A stretch of 64,000 nt of DNA. Origin: a virus. The first letter of the stretch is position 1, and the number at the start of each line of letters is the position of its first letter. Positions 9,477 to 20,200 of the stretch are shown here, piece after piece. The notes beneath the pieces are model-generated. The model was not told the origin of the DNA and did no database searches. It saw only the letters and a list, made by a program, of their open reading frames with translations. The stretch is taken from positions 1 to 64,000 of the IMG/VR virus record IMGVR_UViG_3300042434_002493; one strand, written 5' to 3'. Made by a program: the position numbers and the translations under genes.

Positions 9477-12400
9477 GCACCGTCCGCAGCATCCTCGACA
9501 AGGTCCGTCTCATCCGCGCCCAGGTGGGCCAGCCCGAGGGCGCGAAGGCTATCGACAAGAAGGACACGGGCACTTTGTCGATGTTCGACATGCTCAGGGG
9601 TGGCGGCCCGGCCGGAGACCCGAGCCGGTCGGGCACGCTTCACGCGGAGACGCGGACGGACAAGATCGGACGCACCGAGAAGCGATGGGTTGCCGACGCC
9701 GCGATGCCCCAGGCCCAGAAGGACGCCATCGAACAAGCCAGCCAGGGCGCGGCGAAGCACGACAAGCAGGCCGACCTGCACAGGAGCGCGATTGACGCGT
9801 GGGGCGGACTCCGCACCGTCCAAGGTGCCCTGCACGCGAAGGCGCAACGCGCGCACCAGGTCGCCGCGGACGCGCACCGGAACAGCTTGAGCGAGCGCAG
9901 CCCAGACTACGTGCCCCCGGAGCAGGTGAAGCAGCGAGCCGAGTACGCCGAGCAGGTCACACAGGCCGCCGGACACATGGACCCGCAGGTACACCACGAA
10001 GAGCAAATGAACTACCACGGCAGGGAAGCCGAACGCCTCGCAAAGGCGAAGACGCCGAACCTCGCAGCCGTCGCCGCTCACATCCGCGCGCGCGACATGC
10101 ACGACAACGCGACCGACGCTTACCGACTGGAGTCAACGCCCGCCCGGCGCATGGAAGTGTCGAGCAAGGCGCGAGATGCGAGCGCCGCCGCGAAGCAGGC
10201 CACAGGACAGGACGGCGCAGCGCCCGCGGCGCAGCGGTACGACGCCATGCGTGACGCACAGGCGAAGGCCAGAGAGGCGAGCGACCAAGCGAGCAGGGTC
10301 GCGCCGCCCAACACCGGCGCAGCCGGCAAGGCGAAGCCCGGCAAGTCCGTGAAGTTGGGCGCGACCGCCGCGTCCGAATTTGACCTGCTGCGCGAGCTGC
10401 ACGAAGACCCGGACGGCCTGGAAGACGACGAGCGCGAGGCCATTGGCCACCTCGTCGAGCACCACGACCCTGACACTGGGCGTTTGCATCTCCCCGACGA
10501 TCCCGACGTGGCGGACAAGATGGCCGCGCACGTCGCGTCGATGGCATCGTCGTACAGCGACCAGATCGACGACCGGAGCGGTGAGGGCTCACACGCCGAG
10601 GGCCGAGGGCACGCCAAGCGGGCCATGACCGCGCTGGAGAAGTTGCGCGACACCCTCGACGCGCACGCAGCGGACCTCCGCGCCAAAGCGACAGCGGGCG
10701 CAGCCACTACGAAGAAGCAGGAGCACGAAGCCAAGGCCGCGATGCACAGAGCCGAGGCCGGCAAGCTCCCCGACGACGACGTTCGCGTGAAGCTGCACCA
10801 CGCCGCCGCCGACGAGCACGACCGCGCCGCGCGATGGCACGGTTCGACGCACATCAAGAACTGGGATCGCGCCGCCGCCATGACGGGCGAACGGGCGAAC
10901 GGCCTCAGTGCCGAGGTGGAGGCCACCGACGCTCGACTGAAGGCCAACGCAACCGCCGCTGCGGAGGCCAAGCTCAAGAGCGCGACCCACCCCAGCACGA
11001 AGGTCGCCGCAGAGCACGACGCCAAGGCCGCCGAGCACAAGGCCGCCGCCGCCAAGGCCGGGCGCAACAGTTCCGAGGAATCACAGCACCTCTACGCCGC
11101 CCACCTGCACAAGCAGACCGCCCACCTGCACCGGGAAGTCGCCGCCGGCCGAATGGGCGAGGCCAACGCCAAGGCCGCCAGTCTGGGCGCCAACGAGGCC
11201 AGCGAAATCGCGAACAGGACCAGCGCGCCGAGCATGACGCACCAGGAGGCCCAGGCCAAAGCCAGGGAGCACGAGCAGAAGGGCGAGCACTTCGGGACGA
11301 TCAACGGCGGGTATGGCGCTGCGATGTACCACGCGAAGGCCGCTCAGGCGTGGGCCGGAGCCGCGAAGATGCTTCGCGAGGGCTCTCTCGCGCCAGAGCA
11401 CGCCGCCGGCTACCTCGACCACGCCCAGCAGCACAGCGACAGGGCGGCGAAGGAGGAGGCCGAGACGCCGCACCGCATCAGAGCCCGCGAGGCCGCAGCC
11501 GTCCACGAGCACACGGCCAAGCAGCACACCAAGGCCGCCAACGAGGCGACGAAGACGGGCGAGAGATCGGCGCACCTCGAAGCCGCCAAGCTGCACACCC
11601 AGGCGGCCAGGGACGCCCACGGGTACAGCAACTCGACCTTCGATCCGAACGAGATCAGCAACCGCAAGGACTACGAGAGCAGCGTCGTCGCCGCACTGAA
11701 GCAGTCCGAGCACGCCAACACGCTCAGTGGCGCGAAGCCGGCTCAGGCCGCCGCCGAGCCGCAGAAGGCCCCGGTGGCAGCGAGCTTCGACGTCCAGAAG
11801 AACACCGGCCGGGAAACGGTCAACGGGCACCGCATCGGCAACTTCGGCGTCCACGACGACGCCCCCTTGCACGGAGGGCTCGCCACCGTGACGCACATCC
11901 CGACCGGATTGCGTGTCGCGAGCGATCTCTCCCCGGAGGATGGACTCGCGCTCGCCAAGCACCTACACGAGAAGGCCGGAGACGCGCACGGAACGGCAGA
12001 GTTCGGCACCCCGCTGAACAAGGATCACCCCGACAGCAAGCGCGTGCTCGACGCGCTCCAGAGCGCGACCGCGAAGCCCAAGCCGGCCGACGTGGCGAAG
12101 GCGATCCGCAACAGCGCCGCCGATCACCGGGCCCGGCAGGATGCCGCCGTGACCTACGCCGAGCGGGCAGAGACCCACCGAACCAAGGCGCGCGAGGCGA
12201 CCGACACGCGGGTCCGCGAGGCCCACAGCAAGGCCGCCGAGGCCCACGACAAGGCCGCCGTCGAGCTGCGCAAGTTCGCCGGCAACTGGTCTGCGACCCA
12301 CGACGCCGGCAAGGCGAAGCAAACCGCCGAAGACGCAGAGGCGCAGGCCCGACGAGACGCGACGGCCAAGCCGCCCGAGCCGAAGCCAGCCGCCGAGGCC

Positions 12401-12754
12401 AAGCCCGCCAAAGTCGAGCCGGTGGCGCGGGCCATGGAGGCGCTGCGCAAGATCCTGCCCCACCGCGACGCCGACCCGGAGGACCGCTACCGCGCCCGTT
12501 GGCACATCCCGAAGAAGGGTCACATGCACGCGACCTCCATCGAGAACCACCCCGAGATGCAGCGGGCCAAGGTGAGCCCCAGGCACATCGCCGATGCCGT
12601 CAAGCGCCTTCAGATGCGGGGGGAAGTCGAGCAGATGAACACGTCGGCCGCCGGTGGCGGCTACTCCGTGCGTCGCACGGGCGACGGCGGCGTAGATCCC
12701 ACCGTGGACCGACGCCGACGGGACGAAGAGATGGACCGCCTACGCTCATCGTGA
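9473..12754 (+). CDS. Ala/His-rich helical putative internal virion (cargo) protein with N-terminal 25-aa tag
   Basis: 1093-aa ORF coupled to MuF; EGAKA site, tag copy 1 (9617-9691) and many HxxxAxxH repeats. Confidence 0.75.
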   Translation: MSTVRSILDKVRLIRAQVGQPEGAKAIDKKDTGTLSMFDMLRGGGPAGDPSRSGTLHAETRTDKIGRTEKRWVADAAMPQAQKDAIEQASQGAAKHDKQADLHRSAIDAWGGLRTVQGALHAKAQRAHQVAADAHRNSLSERSPDYVPPEQVKQRAEYAEQVTQAAGHMDPQVHHEEQMNYHGREAERLAKAKTPNLAAVAAHIRARDMHDNATDAYRLESTPARRMEVSSKARDASAAAKQATGQDGAAPAAQRYDAMRDAQAKAREASDQASRVAPPNTGAAGKAKPGKSVKLGATAASEFDLLRELHEDPDGLEDDEREAIGHLVEHHDPDTGRLHLPDDPDVADKMAAHVASMASSYSDQIDDRSGEGSHAEGRGHAKRAMTALEKLRDTLDAHAADLRAKATAGAATTKKQEHEAKAAMHRAEAGKLPDDDVRVKLHHAAADEHDRAARWHGSTHIKNWDRAAAMTGERANGLSAEVEATDARLKANATAAAEAKLKSATHPSTKVAAEHDAKAAEHKAAAAKAGRNSSEESQHLYAAHLHKQTAHLHREVAAGRMGEANAKAASLGANEASEIANRTSAPSMTHQEAQAKAREHEQKGEHFGTINGGYGAAMYHAKAAQAWAGAAKMLREGSLAPEHAAGYLDHAQQHSDRAAKEEAETPHRIRAREAAAVHEHTAKQHTKAANEATKTGERSAHLEAAKLHTQAARDAHGYSNSTFDPNEISNRKDYESSVVAALKQSEHANTLSGAKPAQAAAEPQKAPVAASFDVQKNTGRETVNGHRIGNFGVHDDAPLHGGLATVTHIPTGLRVASDLSPEDGLALAKHLHEKAGDAHGTAEFGTPLNKDHPDSKRVLDALQSATAKPKPADVAKAIRNSAADHRARQDAAVTYAERAETHRTKAREATDTRVREAHSKAAEAHDKAAVELRKFAGNWSATHDAGKAKQTAEDAEAQARRDATAKPPEPKPAAEAKPAKVEPVARAMEALRKILPHRDADPEDRYRARWHIPKKGHMHATSIENHPEMQRAKVSPRHIADAVKRLQMRGEVEQMNTSAAGGGYSVRRTGDGGVDPTVDRRRRDEEMDRLRSS

Positions 12755-12760
12755 GCGCGA

Positions 12761-12789
12761 TTGACCAGCCCTCGAAACGTCGTCAGGTT
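12761..12789 (+). promoter_or_regulatory. Putative promoter for a leaderless transcript
   Basis: TTGACC-N17-CAGGTT-N6-ATG(12796). Confidence 0.4.
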
Positions 12790-12795
12790 ACACGC

Positions 12796-13971
12796 ATGAA
12801 GTACGAGATCGTTTTCCGCCAAACGTTCAAGGACATGGGCGAGGATCGGACCCACGGTGGGCACCTGCACGCCGAGCAGCGCACAGACAGCCGCGGCCGG
12901 AACATCACCCGATGGGTCCGCACACCCGGCTCAGACGGGGGCGGCGTGCTGCGGTCGGCCAAGAACCGCGAGTCGCTCGGCGACTTCCACGACGACGCGT
13001 TGCACGCTGCCCGGCACAACATCACCGGCCAGATGCGCGCGCACTCGATGAGATCGACGCCCGATCCTCATCGAGTGCGAGCTGCGGGGCACGCGCTCGA
13101 CGCCATCGACAACGAGCAGGCGAATCGCGGACGTGCCGCCGGGCAAAGCCGAGGGTGGATCGACGCCGCGCCCGCGTTGCCGAAGGACACGCAGAGCGCG
13201 CACCAGCGCGCACCAGGCGTCTACAAGCCCGGCCGCGCCGCGTTCCACGACGCCATCGTCAAGAAGTTCATGCACGGCAAGGCCCCGGCCGCGCCTGGCG
13301 AGAAGCCGCACGCCCTCGTGATGATGGGCGGGCCCGGGTCGGGCAAGAGCAGCATCCTCAAGCAGCTCGGCATCGATCTGGACAGCCACGTCCACATCGA
13401 CCCGGACGAGATCAAGCAGCACATCCCCGAGTACCACGTCGCGCGCGCCCACAACGCGAAGAACGCCGCGTTCATGGCCCACGAGGAGAGCAGCGACGTC
13501 GCGAAGAAGCTCCGCGACCATGCCATCCAGAATCGCCACCACGTCCTGATCGACGGCACCGGCGCCAACGGCCCGAAGCACAAGGCGATGGTCGAGGACC
13601 TGAAACAGCGCGGCTACCACGTCACGCTGGCCATGCCGCACATCAGCAAGGAGGAGGGCTTGAGCCGCGTGGCGAAGCGCGCCGAGGGCAACGGCCGATT
13701 CGTCCCGAGCGATGTTGTGGGCGGCGCCTACGACAAGATCCCGGGCAACTTCCACAAGGTCGCCGCCGCCGCAGACGACGCCTACCTCTTCGACAACCAC
13801 GAGAAGTCCCCCCGCCTCATGTACAAAAAGGAGGGCGGCCAGGAGCGCCAGGGGCCGGACGTTCACACCGATCTCCACGCTCAGTTCCTCGCGGCACACG
13901 GCCGAGGCGACGAGGGCGGTAAAGCACTACGCGCGAGCCGCGCGTCTGGGCGGCATCACAGTAGGCACTGA
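12796..13971 (+). CDS. Zeta-toxin (PezT-like) P-loop kinase with N-terminal 25-aa tag
   Basis: MGGPGSGKS, HIDPDEIK, HEES, VLIDGT, GRFVP and YLFDN motifs. Alternative GTG start at 12751. The upstream 10834-12750 part of the tracked ORF is a shadow frame. Confidence 0.88.
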   Translation: MKYEIVFRQTFKDMGEDRTHGGHLHAEQRTDSRGRNITRWVRTPGSDGGGVLRSAKNRESLGDFHDDALHAARHNITGQMRAHSMRSTPDPHRVRAAGHALDAIDNEQANRGRAAGQSRGWIDAAPALPKDTQSAHQRAPGVYKPGRAAFHDAIVKKFMHGKAPAAPGEKPHALVMMGGPGSGKSSILKQLGIDLDSHVHIDPDEIKQHIPEYHVARAHNAKNAAFMAHEESSDVAKKLRDHAIQNRHHVLIDGTGANGPKHKAMVEDLKQRGYHVTLAMPHISKEEGLSRVAKRAEGNGRFVPSDVVGGAYDKIPGNFHKVAAAADDAYLFDNHEKSPRLMYKKEGGQERQGPDVHTDLHAQFLAAHGRGDEGGKALRASRASGRHHSRH

Positions 13972-14016
13972 AGCGCGTTGCTGGCGCCTGGCCCCAGCCG
14001 GGAGTAGAGTTGAGCC

Positions 14017-14220
14017 ATGCCGAAACCCACCACAGCAATCGACGGATTCCGAAGCAAAATCCTGGCAGCCTTCGCCAAGGGTCACGCGGCCCACGAGGCC
14101 GAGCGCGAGGCCCTGAAGCGGTCTCCCAAGCGTTACCGGGCCGGCGAAGGGATCGACGAGTCCTGCACGCTCAACGACAGCCACATCGGGCCCATCGGAG
14201 AGAACGCCGCCGGCAATTGA
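14017..14220 (+). CDS. Small hypothetical protein (possible partner or antitoxin of the zeta kinase)
   Basis: Fills the gap between large genes; TAGAGT lies 6 nt upstream of the ATG. Confidence 0.5.
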   Translation: MPKPTTAIDGFRSKILAAFAKGHAAHEAEREALKRSPKRYRAGEGIDESCTLNDSHIGPIGENAAGN

Positions 14221-14245
14221 CCCGGCGGCGGGCATGGCGGATTCT
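14217..14245 (+). promoter_or_regulatory. Putative sigma70-like promoter
   Basis: TTGACC-N17-GATTCT upstream of GAGG RBS and ATG 14264. Confidence 0.35.
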
Positions 14246-14263
14246 CGCGGCGAGGTCTGCCCC

Positions 14264-17200
14264 ATGTTTTTCATCCGCATTGAAGGTCTGAAGGCCGAGC
14301 AACTGGCGCTTTTCGGCGGGGCAACACCCGCCTCGAAGCCCCGCCCGACGTCGGCGCCGGCCGGGCAGCTCGACCTCTTCGGAGGCGACCCGACCCACGG
14401 CGGCCACCTGGTCGAGCGCGTGATCTTCACCAAGGCGGGGCACCAGCAGACCTTCCACGTTCTGCCGGTCGAGGCGCCCAAGGCGAAGCGCAAGGCCAAG
14501 CCCGCCATCGGGCCCGACCTGTTCGCCTGGGCAGACCAGGCCACGCCGAGCCAGGTGGCGAGCGCCCTGGTGGACGCGCACCAGCAGGCGAAGCGTCCCG
14601 AGGCGACACCCGAGGACATCGAGCGCCGCGACCAGCTCCTCACGGCCGCGCAGGCACACCAGTCCAACCGGCAGAGCGAGTCGCCCGAGGTCGCGCCGCT
14701 GGCCGATCCGACACCGACTGCAACGCCGGCCGGCACCACGCCCGAAGATGCGCCGGCCGGTACGATCTTCCACGGATACACCTCCGATTACAGCACCCAG
14801 ATCCAGTGGGCGAAACGCGAGGACGGCCAGTGGTTCCGCCGCGGGCAGGACAAGACGCCGCGTGGATACCGCTGGAGCGGGTGGGTCAAGGGCGGCCCGC
14901 CGAACGAGCGCGCGAGCATCCACGGAAGCGGCAACGTAGGGCCCACGCGCATGGCCCGGCTTCCCCAGGAGGGGGGAGCCGACGAGGCCATGGCCGGGGC
15001 GAAGATCATCCCCAACCGCCACACCAAGACCGGCGAGGCGTTGTGGACGGTCCAACTTCAGGACCGTGTCAGCAGCGAGACCTACCAGGAGATCCTCGCC
15101 CACGCGAAGGGCCTGGGGGGCCGCTACAGCAGCTTCAGGGGCAACGGCGCGATCCCCGGCTTCATCTTCAAGACCGAGGACGCCGCCAGAGCGTTCACCG
15201 GCCAGCAGGCCGAAGAGGAGGAGCAGGAGGCCACCGAGCCGGCCGCGGTCAACCCTCCGGTTTCCCCGGAGAGTTCCCCGGCCGAGACGCCCGAGGCCAA
15301 GCCCGATGCCGTCACGCCGACCGCCGACCAGATCCGCAAGGACCCGACCGACGGTGGGCGCCTCCAACCTCGCAAGATCACCGGCAAGGACGGCGTCACC
15401 CGGACGTACTACGTCTCCCAGGACGTCGAGGGCGACGTGGCGGCCAAGCTCGCCGCCAATCCCGACTTCCAGCAGTCGGCCAAGGTCAACCACCGCGACA
15501 ACCTGGTGTTCGCGATCAAGAAGACGGTCGAGGACATGGCCGCCGACGAGGCCGTGGCCCGCAACGAGCTTGGGCACGCCGACGAGCACGCGAAGGGGTG
15601 GGGCCTGTTCTACTTCGACGGCCTCGACCAGATCGGACGCCAGAACTTTTTGGAGGCCGTCGCGAGCAAGCTCGCCCAGAGCGTGCGCGACCAGGAGCCG
15701 GCCAACCTCCCGAGCCGCGAGGCAGAGCCGGCGCAACTACCCGACCCGGTCGCAGAGCCCGCGGAGACCGTCAAGTACCTGGAGAGCGCGCCCGCAGGCG
15801 CCCAGGTGACGCTGGCCCACGACGACGGGCGGCACGTCTGGGAGAAGGGTGAGAAGGGGTGGCGCCCCGAGGGCGCCCCGGATGGCCCGCCCGTCACCGA
15901 CGAGGGCCTGGCGCGCGCCGCCCAGGCCGGCGCCGCGGAGATCGTGGACGGCCCTGCACCGGCGGATGCCGCCCCGCGGCGCACGCTCCAGGAATCCCTG
16001 GAGAGTTTCCGGCAGGGGCTCACGTTGACCGAGGACCAGGCCAAGGGAGACTGGACCCCCCAGCGCATGAGCCGCGCCCACCTGGTAACGAGCATCCTCG
16101 ACCACTTGTGGAGCGACAAGACCGGGCCCAGCGGAGAGCCGACCGACGACATGCAGGCCGCCATGACCCAGGCGGCCGAGGCCGAGGCCGACCGCATCAT
16201 CGCCGAGACGAAGAAGCCCAGGGTCGCGAAGCCCGAGGCTACTGCCAGCGGGCCCAAGGCCAACACCCAGAGCTTCGGCCGCGACCTCACCCCGAAGCAG
16301 CGCAAGGACGCCAACAGCTCCGCCGTCGAGATCATCCAGCGCGCCGTCAGCCAGGGCCGCGAGCTGACCCAGAAGGAGATGGACGAGGTCGCGCTCTACT
16401 CCGGCCGGGGTGGGATCGGCGACTCGCTCAACCAGTACTTCACGCGCCCGGACATCGCCGCGTCCATGTGGGATCTCCTCGCCCATCACGGCCTCGCGCC
16501 GGACGCAAAGGTGCTTGAGCCCGCGTGCGGTTCGGGCGTGTTTATGCAGACCGCCCCCGAGGGCGTGACCATGACCGCCGTGGAGATCGACCCCGAGGTG
16601 GCCCTGGTTGCGTCGAGCCTGCACGGAGCCCGGCACACGGTCCACGCCCAGAGCTTCGAGGAGTTCGCGGTGGCCCGCGAGCGAGGGGTGGGCGACCGCT
16701 TCGACGCGGTCATCACGAACGCGCCGTTCTGCACACGCACCGGCGACGGGGCCCGCATCCACAAGCCCGAGTACACGAGCGCCGACGCCTATTTCGTGGA
16801 CACGGCGCTCGACCAGGTGAAGGAGGGCGGTCTCGTTGCGATGATCGTCCACCGCGGCGTCATGTCGAACGACGGCATGCAGGAGTTCCGGCGCCGAATC
16901 GGAGATCGCGCCGAGCTGGTCGATGCGTTCCGGTTGCCCGTCGAGGCGTTCAAGCACGCCGACACCACCGTCGTTTCCGACGTGATCATCCTGCGGAAGC
17001 GCCCCGAGGTGGTCGCGACCGCGCTCGCCCGCGGCGGCGAGGAAGTCGGGCGAGCCCTCGGGGTGAACGACGAAGACCTCATCTACGGCCGCTGGTTCGA
17101 CGACAAGCCCGACCGCGTCCTGGGGACGGTCGGCAAGGACTGGCGCGGTTCGGATCTCGTCGAGGGCAGCGCCGACGCATGCGCGCCGCTCATCCGCGCC

Positions 17201-20200
17201 CGCGGGGTTGCATCGTGGGCGCACGGCCCGGCCGGCAAGACGATCACGGCCGAGGAGATGGCCGCGCACTCCGACGAGCGCGTGCGCGCCGCCCTGGACG
17301 CCGCGAAGGCCGACGTCGCGATTCCGACGCCGGTGCGCGGCAGCCAGACGGTGATCGCCGGGAAGACGTACATCCTCACCCCGGGCGAGAGCGGGGCCCT
17401 GCGCTGGCGCCGGCTCGACAGCATCGACGACGCACGCGAACTGCTGCACAGCGGAGACGCGGCCCTCAAGAGTGCCGGGGATCTTGCGCTGCGGTACGGG
17501 GATCTGCGCTCCGCGATGGCCCGAGGCGACTACCTGCGGGCCCGTGGCATCCGCCGCAAGCTCCAGAAGGACCTGAACGCCTGGGTCGAGAACTACGGCG
17601 TGCCCGCCAGGCACCCCGAGATCAACGCGCTCGCCGGCCAGGACGCGAACATCGCGCACCTGGTCGCCGCGGTGAATCCCGACAAGACGATGGCCGACAT
17701 CCTGACCTCGGACCCGGTCATCCCGCCCGCCGCCACCGGCGACCGGGCGGTCCCGGCGACGAGCGTCAGCGAGGCCGCCAGCCACCTCGCCACCCACAAT
17801 CCCGGCCAGCCGATCACGGTCGCCAAGCTCCGCGAAGCGTTCCCGAGCACGGCCGAGGACGATGAGATCGTCGCCGGCCTGGTGGAGAGCGGCGAGTACG
17901 TGGACGCCCGCGGGGCCTTCGGTGTCGAGAGCGACGCGCCTGGTGTCTTGCACGCGGACGACTACGCGAGCGGGGATCTCTTCGCTCTGCGCGACCACGA
18001 GTTCGAGCAGGCCGCGAGCGAGGACGACGCGACCCGCCAGCGCGCCGAGGCCCGCCTTGCCCTCGTGCAACGCCACATCGACGAGCGGTGGCGTCCGCTC
18101 GACCAGGTCGAGGTCTCCGTCCGCAGCGGGTGGATTCCGCCCCACGTCATCGAGGCGTGGCTCAACAGCCCCGACGTGATCGCCGACTGGCACAAGGCCA
18201 GTCAGTTCAAGGTCACGGAGGCCGGGGGCGTCTACACGGTCTCCTACTTCGACGAGGCCAAGGGCAAGCGCGTCAAGCACAGCGGAGAGCCGGACCACGT
18301 CCCCGCCCGCAACATCCTGCGCTACATGAACCGCCTACCCCTGCACGGAGAGCGAGCCCGCGACGAGGCCGAGGCTGAGGACGAGAAGTTCCGCTCGTGG
18401 CTCGCCTCTTCGGACCTCCGAGGGGACGTCGAGGAGATTTACAACCGCCGCTTCACCGGGCAGGTCCCGAGGCGTTTGAACAGCACGCCGATGAAGATCG
18501 ACGGGTTGCAGAAGGAGTTGTGGCCCTACCACTACGAACAGATCCGATGGAACACAGACCGCCGGGGCGGGATCGTCGCGATGGACGTCGGACTGGGCAA
18601 GACGTTCAACACCATCGCAACCGCGCGCCAGATGCGCGTCACAGGCCAGGCCCGCAAGGTGGCCGTCACCTGCCCGAAGTCGGTGATCATCAACTGGAGC
18701 AAGGAGATCGAGGACCTGCACCCGGGCGCGAAGGTCATGATCGTGGGGGCGACGAGCAAGGAGAAACCCAAGAAGACCTGGCGCGACCCCACCGTGCCCG
18801 AGTACGTGGCCGTCACCGACAACGACGAGACCTTGACGAAGAAGCTCGCCGACATCGCCGCCAACGACTACGACCTCGTTCTCTTCACCTACGAAGCGCA
18901 GGCCCGCATCCCCGTCCGCGACGACAACGTCACGCGCTTCGAGGGCGATGATTTCTGGTCTCGACGAGCGTCGAAGTTGAGCGACAGCGAGGCCACGGTC
19001 GCCCAGTCCGCCGAGACCCGCCAGAAGAAGCTCGCCCAGGCGCTCGCCTCCTACCAAGCCGAGCGCGCCAAGCTCGGTTTCAACGTGAAGCAGTCCATCA
19101 TCCACTGGGAGGATCTGGGCATCGACACGATGTTCGTGGACGAGGCCCACAACTTCGCCAACCTCGGGAGCCCGCGCTCCCGAGGAGGGCAGGTCAAGAT
19201 GATGGGGAGCAGCTCCGACAACGTGAAGCGGGCTCACGACCTGCAATTGAAGGCCGCTCTGGTGCGCGAGCGCCGCAAGCCCGACGAGACCGACGACGCC
19301 TACCAGCGCCGCATGGACGAGAACAAGGAGCAGGGCCTCGGCGTCAACGGCAACGGCGTCTTCATGCTGACCGCGACGCCTGCGAAGAACAGCCCGATGG
19401 ACGTCTACCACCTCATGCTCCAGGCCACCCCGCAGGTCTGGCGCGAGGTCGGCGTGCGCAACCTCGAAGAGTTCATCGACCGCTACGTGGACATCGAGGA
19501 GCGGCCGATCATCAACACCGAGCAGAAGGCCGAGATGGCGAACTGCGCGGTCGGATTCAAGAACCTCATCGAATTGCGCGCGGTCATGGAGCGCGGACTG
19601 AGGCGCCGCACCGCCAAAGAGGTCAACCTCAAGGTGCCGCAGACCGAGCGCGAGGAGCACCTCGTGGACATGACGCCGCAGCAGCACAAGGCGTTCCGCG
19701 ACATCCGCGACGAGTTCGAGCGCCGCAAGCTCGACAAGGACGAGCGGGTCGCCAATTCCGCGACCCTTTGGCTTCTGCACCAGCTCAACGCCGCCGGCAC
19801 CGATCTGTCCCTACTCTCCGATGAGCACCCAGAGCACGCGGGCGAGTGGCGGCACAGCCCGAAGTACCACGAGGCCGTGGGCACCATCGTGAAGAACCTC
19901 AAGAGCGGGCGTGGCGGCCAGGTCGTATTCATCGACCGCAACGCCAGCCACACGCACATGAAGAATCTCCTGGTGGAGGCAGGCATCCCCGAGAGCGAAA
20001 TCGAGATCCTGAACGCCACGACCGCGGCCGACGCGGACAAGCGGTACGCGGTCAGCGAACGCTTCAACCTGGGCAAGACCCGGGTCGTCATCGGGAACAC
20101 CGGGACGATGGGCGAGGGCGTCAACCTCCAGAAGAACACGAGCGATCTGCACCACCTCGACCTACCGTGGAGCCCCGGCAAGTACCACCAGCGCGAGGGC

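Noticed and set aside
11888-11912. VTHIPTG resembling peptide release factor
   Set aside because: No GGQ motif; too short to support the assignment.
10834-12750. N-terminal ~640 aa of the tracked 1045-aa ORF
   Set aside because: Arg-rich off-frame overlap of 9473-12754; the real zeta gene starts at 12796 (or 12751).
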